64,000 nt of DNA from Flavobacteriales bacterium (GTDB lineage: Bacteria > Bacteroidota > Bacteroidia > Flavobacteriales_F > PHOS-HE28), in the NCBI GenBank assembly GCA_016710015.1, contig JADJLR010000008.1, forward strand, positions 6,891 through 70,890. Direction: 5' to 3'. Under the pieces are notes generated by a model that had not been told where the DNA came from, did not search any database, and saw only the letters and a program-made list of their open reading frames with translations. Positions 63,675 through 64,000 of the stretch are shown one piece after another. The translations under genes were made by a program, and so were the position numbers. Every line of letters begins with the position of its first letter. The first letter of the stretch is position 1.

Positions 63675-64000
63675 TCGGCCGCGAGAATGTCGCCGCAAAT
63701 TTCGATCGGCCGATACTGATCATGTATCTGCTGCTCATGTTCATGGGCTGGGCCAACATTTACTCCGCAGCCTACGATCCAGAGCACGCCAACATCTTCG
63801 ACCAAAGCAAGGAGTACGGCAAGCAAGCTGTGTGGATGGCTGTGAGCCTTACTCTCGGTGCAGGGATCCTGTTGATACGCGGAGAGCTGTTCCGTGAGAT
63901 GGCTTTCGGTATCTACGGCTTCGTGATCCTGCTCCTCGTGGCCGTGCTTCTCTTCGGTAAAGAGGTGAATGGGGCAAAGGCCTGGTTCGCGATCGGCGGC
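63671..64000 (+). CDS. rodA: Rod shape-determining protein RodA (SEDS family), 5' part; continues beyond the window
   Basis: My own translation from ATG 63671 (overlapping the mrdA stop, ATGA): MIGRENVAANFDRPILIMYLLLMFMGWANIYSA...FGKEVNGAKAWFAIGG, the typical RodA N-terminus. There is no stop before the window end. Confidence 0.85.
   Translation, partial: MIGRENVAANFDRPILIMYLLLMFMGWANIYSAAYDPEHANIFDQSKEYGKQAVWMAVSLTLGAGILLIRGELFREMAFGIYGFVILLLVAVLLFGKEVNGAKAWFAIGG

Noticed and set aside
1-64000. Searched for tRNA/rRNA genes, CRISPR arrays, IS elements, integrases and phage genes
   Set aside because: I found no T-loop/acceptor-like tRNA signatures, no regularly spaced direct repeats, and no transposase, integrase or phage-like ORFs by eye. 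A tRNAscan/Infernal/ISfinder run would be needed to be certain about small RNAs.

Overview
This 64-kb window reads as a chromosomal segment from a GC-rich member of Bacteroidota. Two secreted proteins end in T9SS type-A C-terminal sorting domains. There is a GldA-like gliding ABC ATPase and a SusC-style TonB-dependent receptor with a CarboxypepD_reg N-domain. TAnnTTTG-type -7 promoter boxes sit just upstream of many start codons. I call about 55 protein genes. The supplied ORF track reports the longest ATG/GTG/TTG ORFs, so I trimmed many N-termini to internal starts that abut or overlap the upstream stop codon. I recognised no rRNA, tRNA, CRISPR array, transposase, integrase or phage gene. Layout: (i) 1-2 kb holds a decayed ParE/RelE-type toxin-antitoxin pair and a DUF4143 AAA ATPase. 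(ii) 2-11.2 kb, minus strand, holds a nine-gene tightly coupled nucleotide-sugar operon: WbpA/B/D/E-like set, Ugd, UDP-xylose synthase, RfbB, a CpsB-type PHP phosphatase, and an odd cytoplasmic PBP-fold protein. (iii) 11.3-21.7 kb holds an OM barrel protein, KdtA, a large secreted hypothetical, MazG-like, Dtd, e(P4) phosphatase, RsgA, GldA plus a polytopic membrane protein, and MetK. (iv) 21.7-23.6 kb holds a repeat-flanked four-helix-bundle (23S rRNA IVS / Avd-like) gene, then rplU-rpmA, both with C-terminal extensions. (v) 23.6-42.5 kb holds a chain from serS to rsmA (serS, lipoprotein, TPR protein, DUF4286 protein, rsmA), MgtE, a dehydrogenase, GDPD, an HPt-like membrane protein, LysC, GNAT, Fbp, a BNR/T9SS protein, DUF1697 and Mfd. 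(vi) 42.5-48.4 kb holds a TolC-RND-MFP efflux operon. (vii) 49-57.7 kb holds LOG, a TonB receptor plus partner lipoprotein, a Cys-rich repeat T9SS protein, YqaA and an OM barrel protein. (viii) 57.9-64 kb holds purH and mreBCD-mrdA-rodA. The window is mostly core housekeeping, and I did not find a convincing self-contained novel multi-gene system. The most unusual items are: the L27-helix-hairpin-helix fusion paired with an Ala/Lys/Pro-tailed L21; the repeat-flanked four-helix-bundle cassette with a G-poor tract; the PBP-fold protein embedded in the sugar operon; the orphan HPt membrane protein behind lysC; the TonB-receptor/beta-helix-like lipoprotein pair; and a T9SS protein with strictly spaced six-cysteine repeats.
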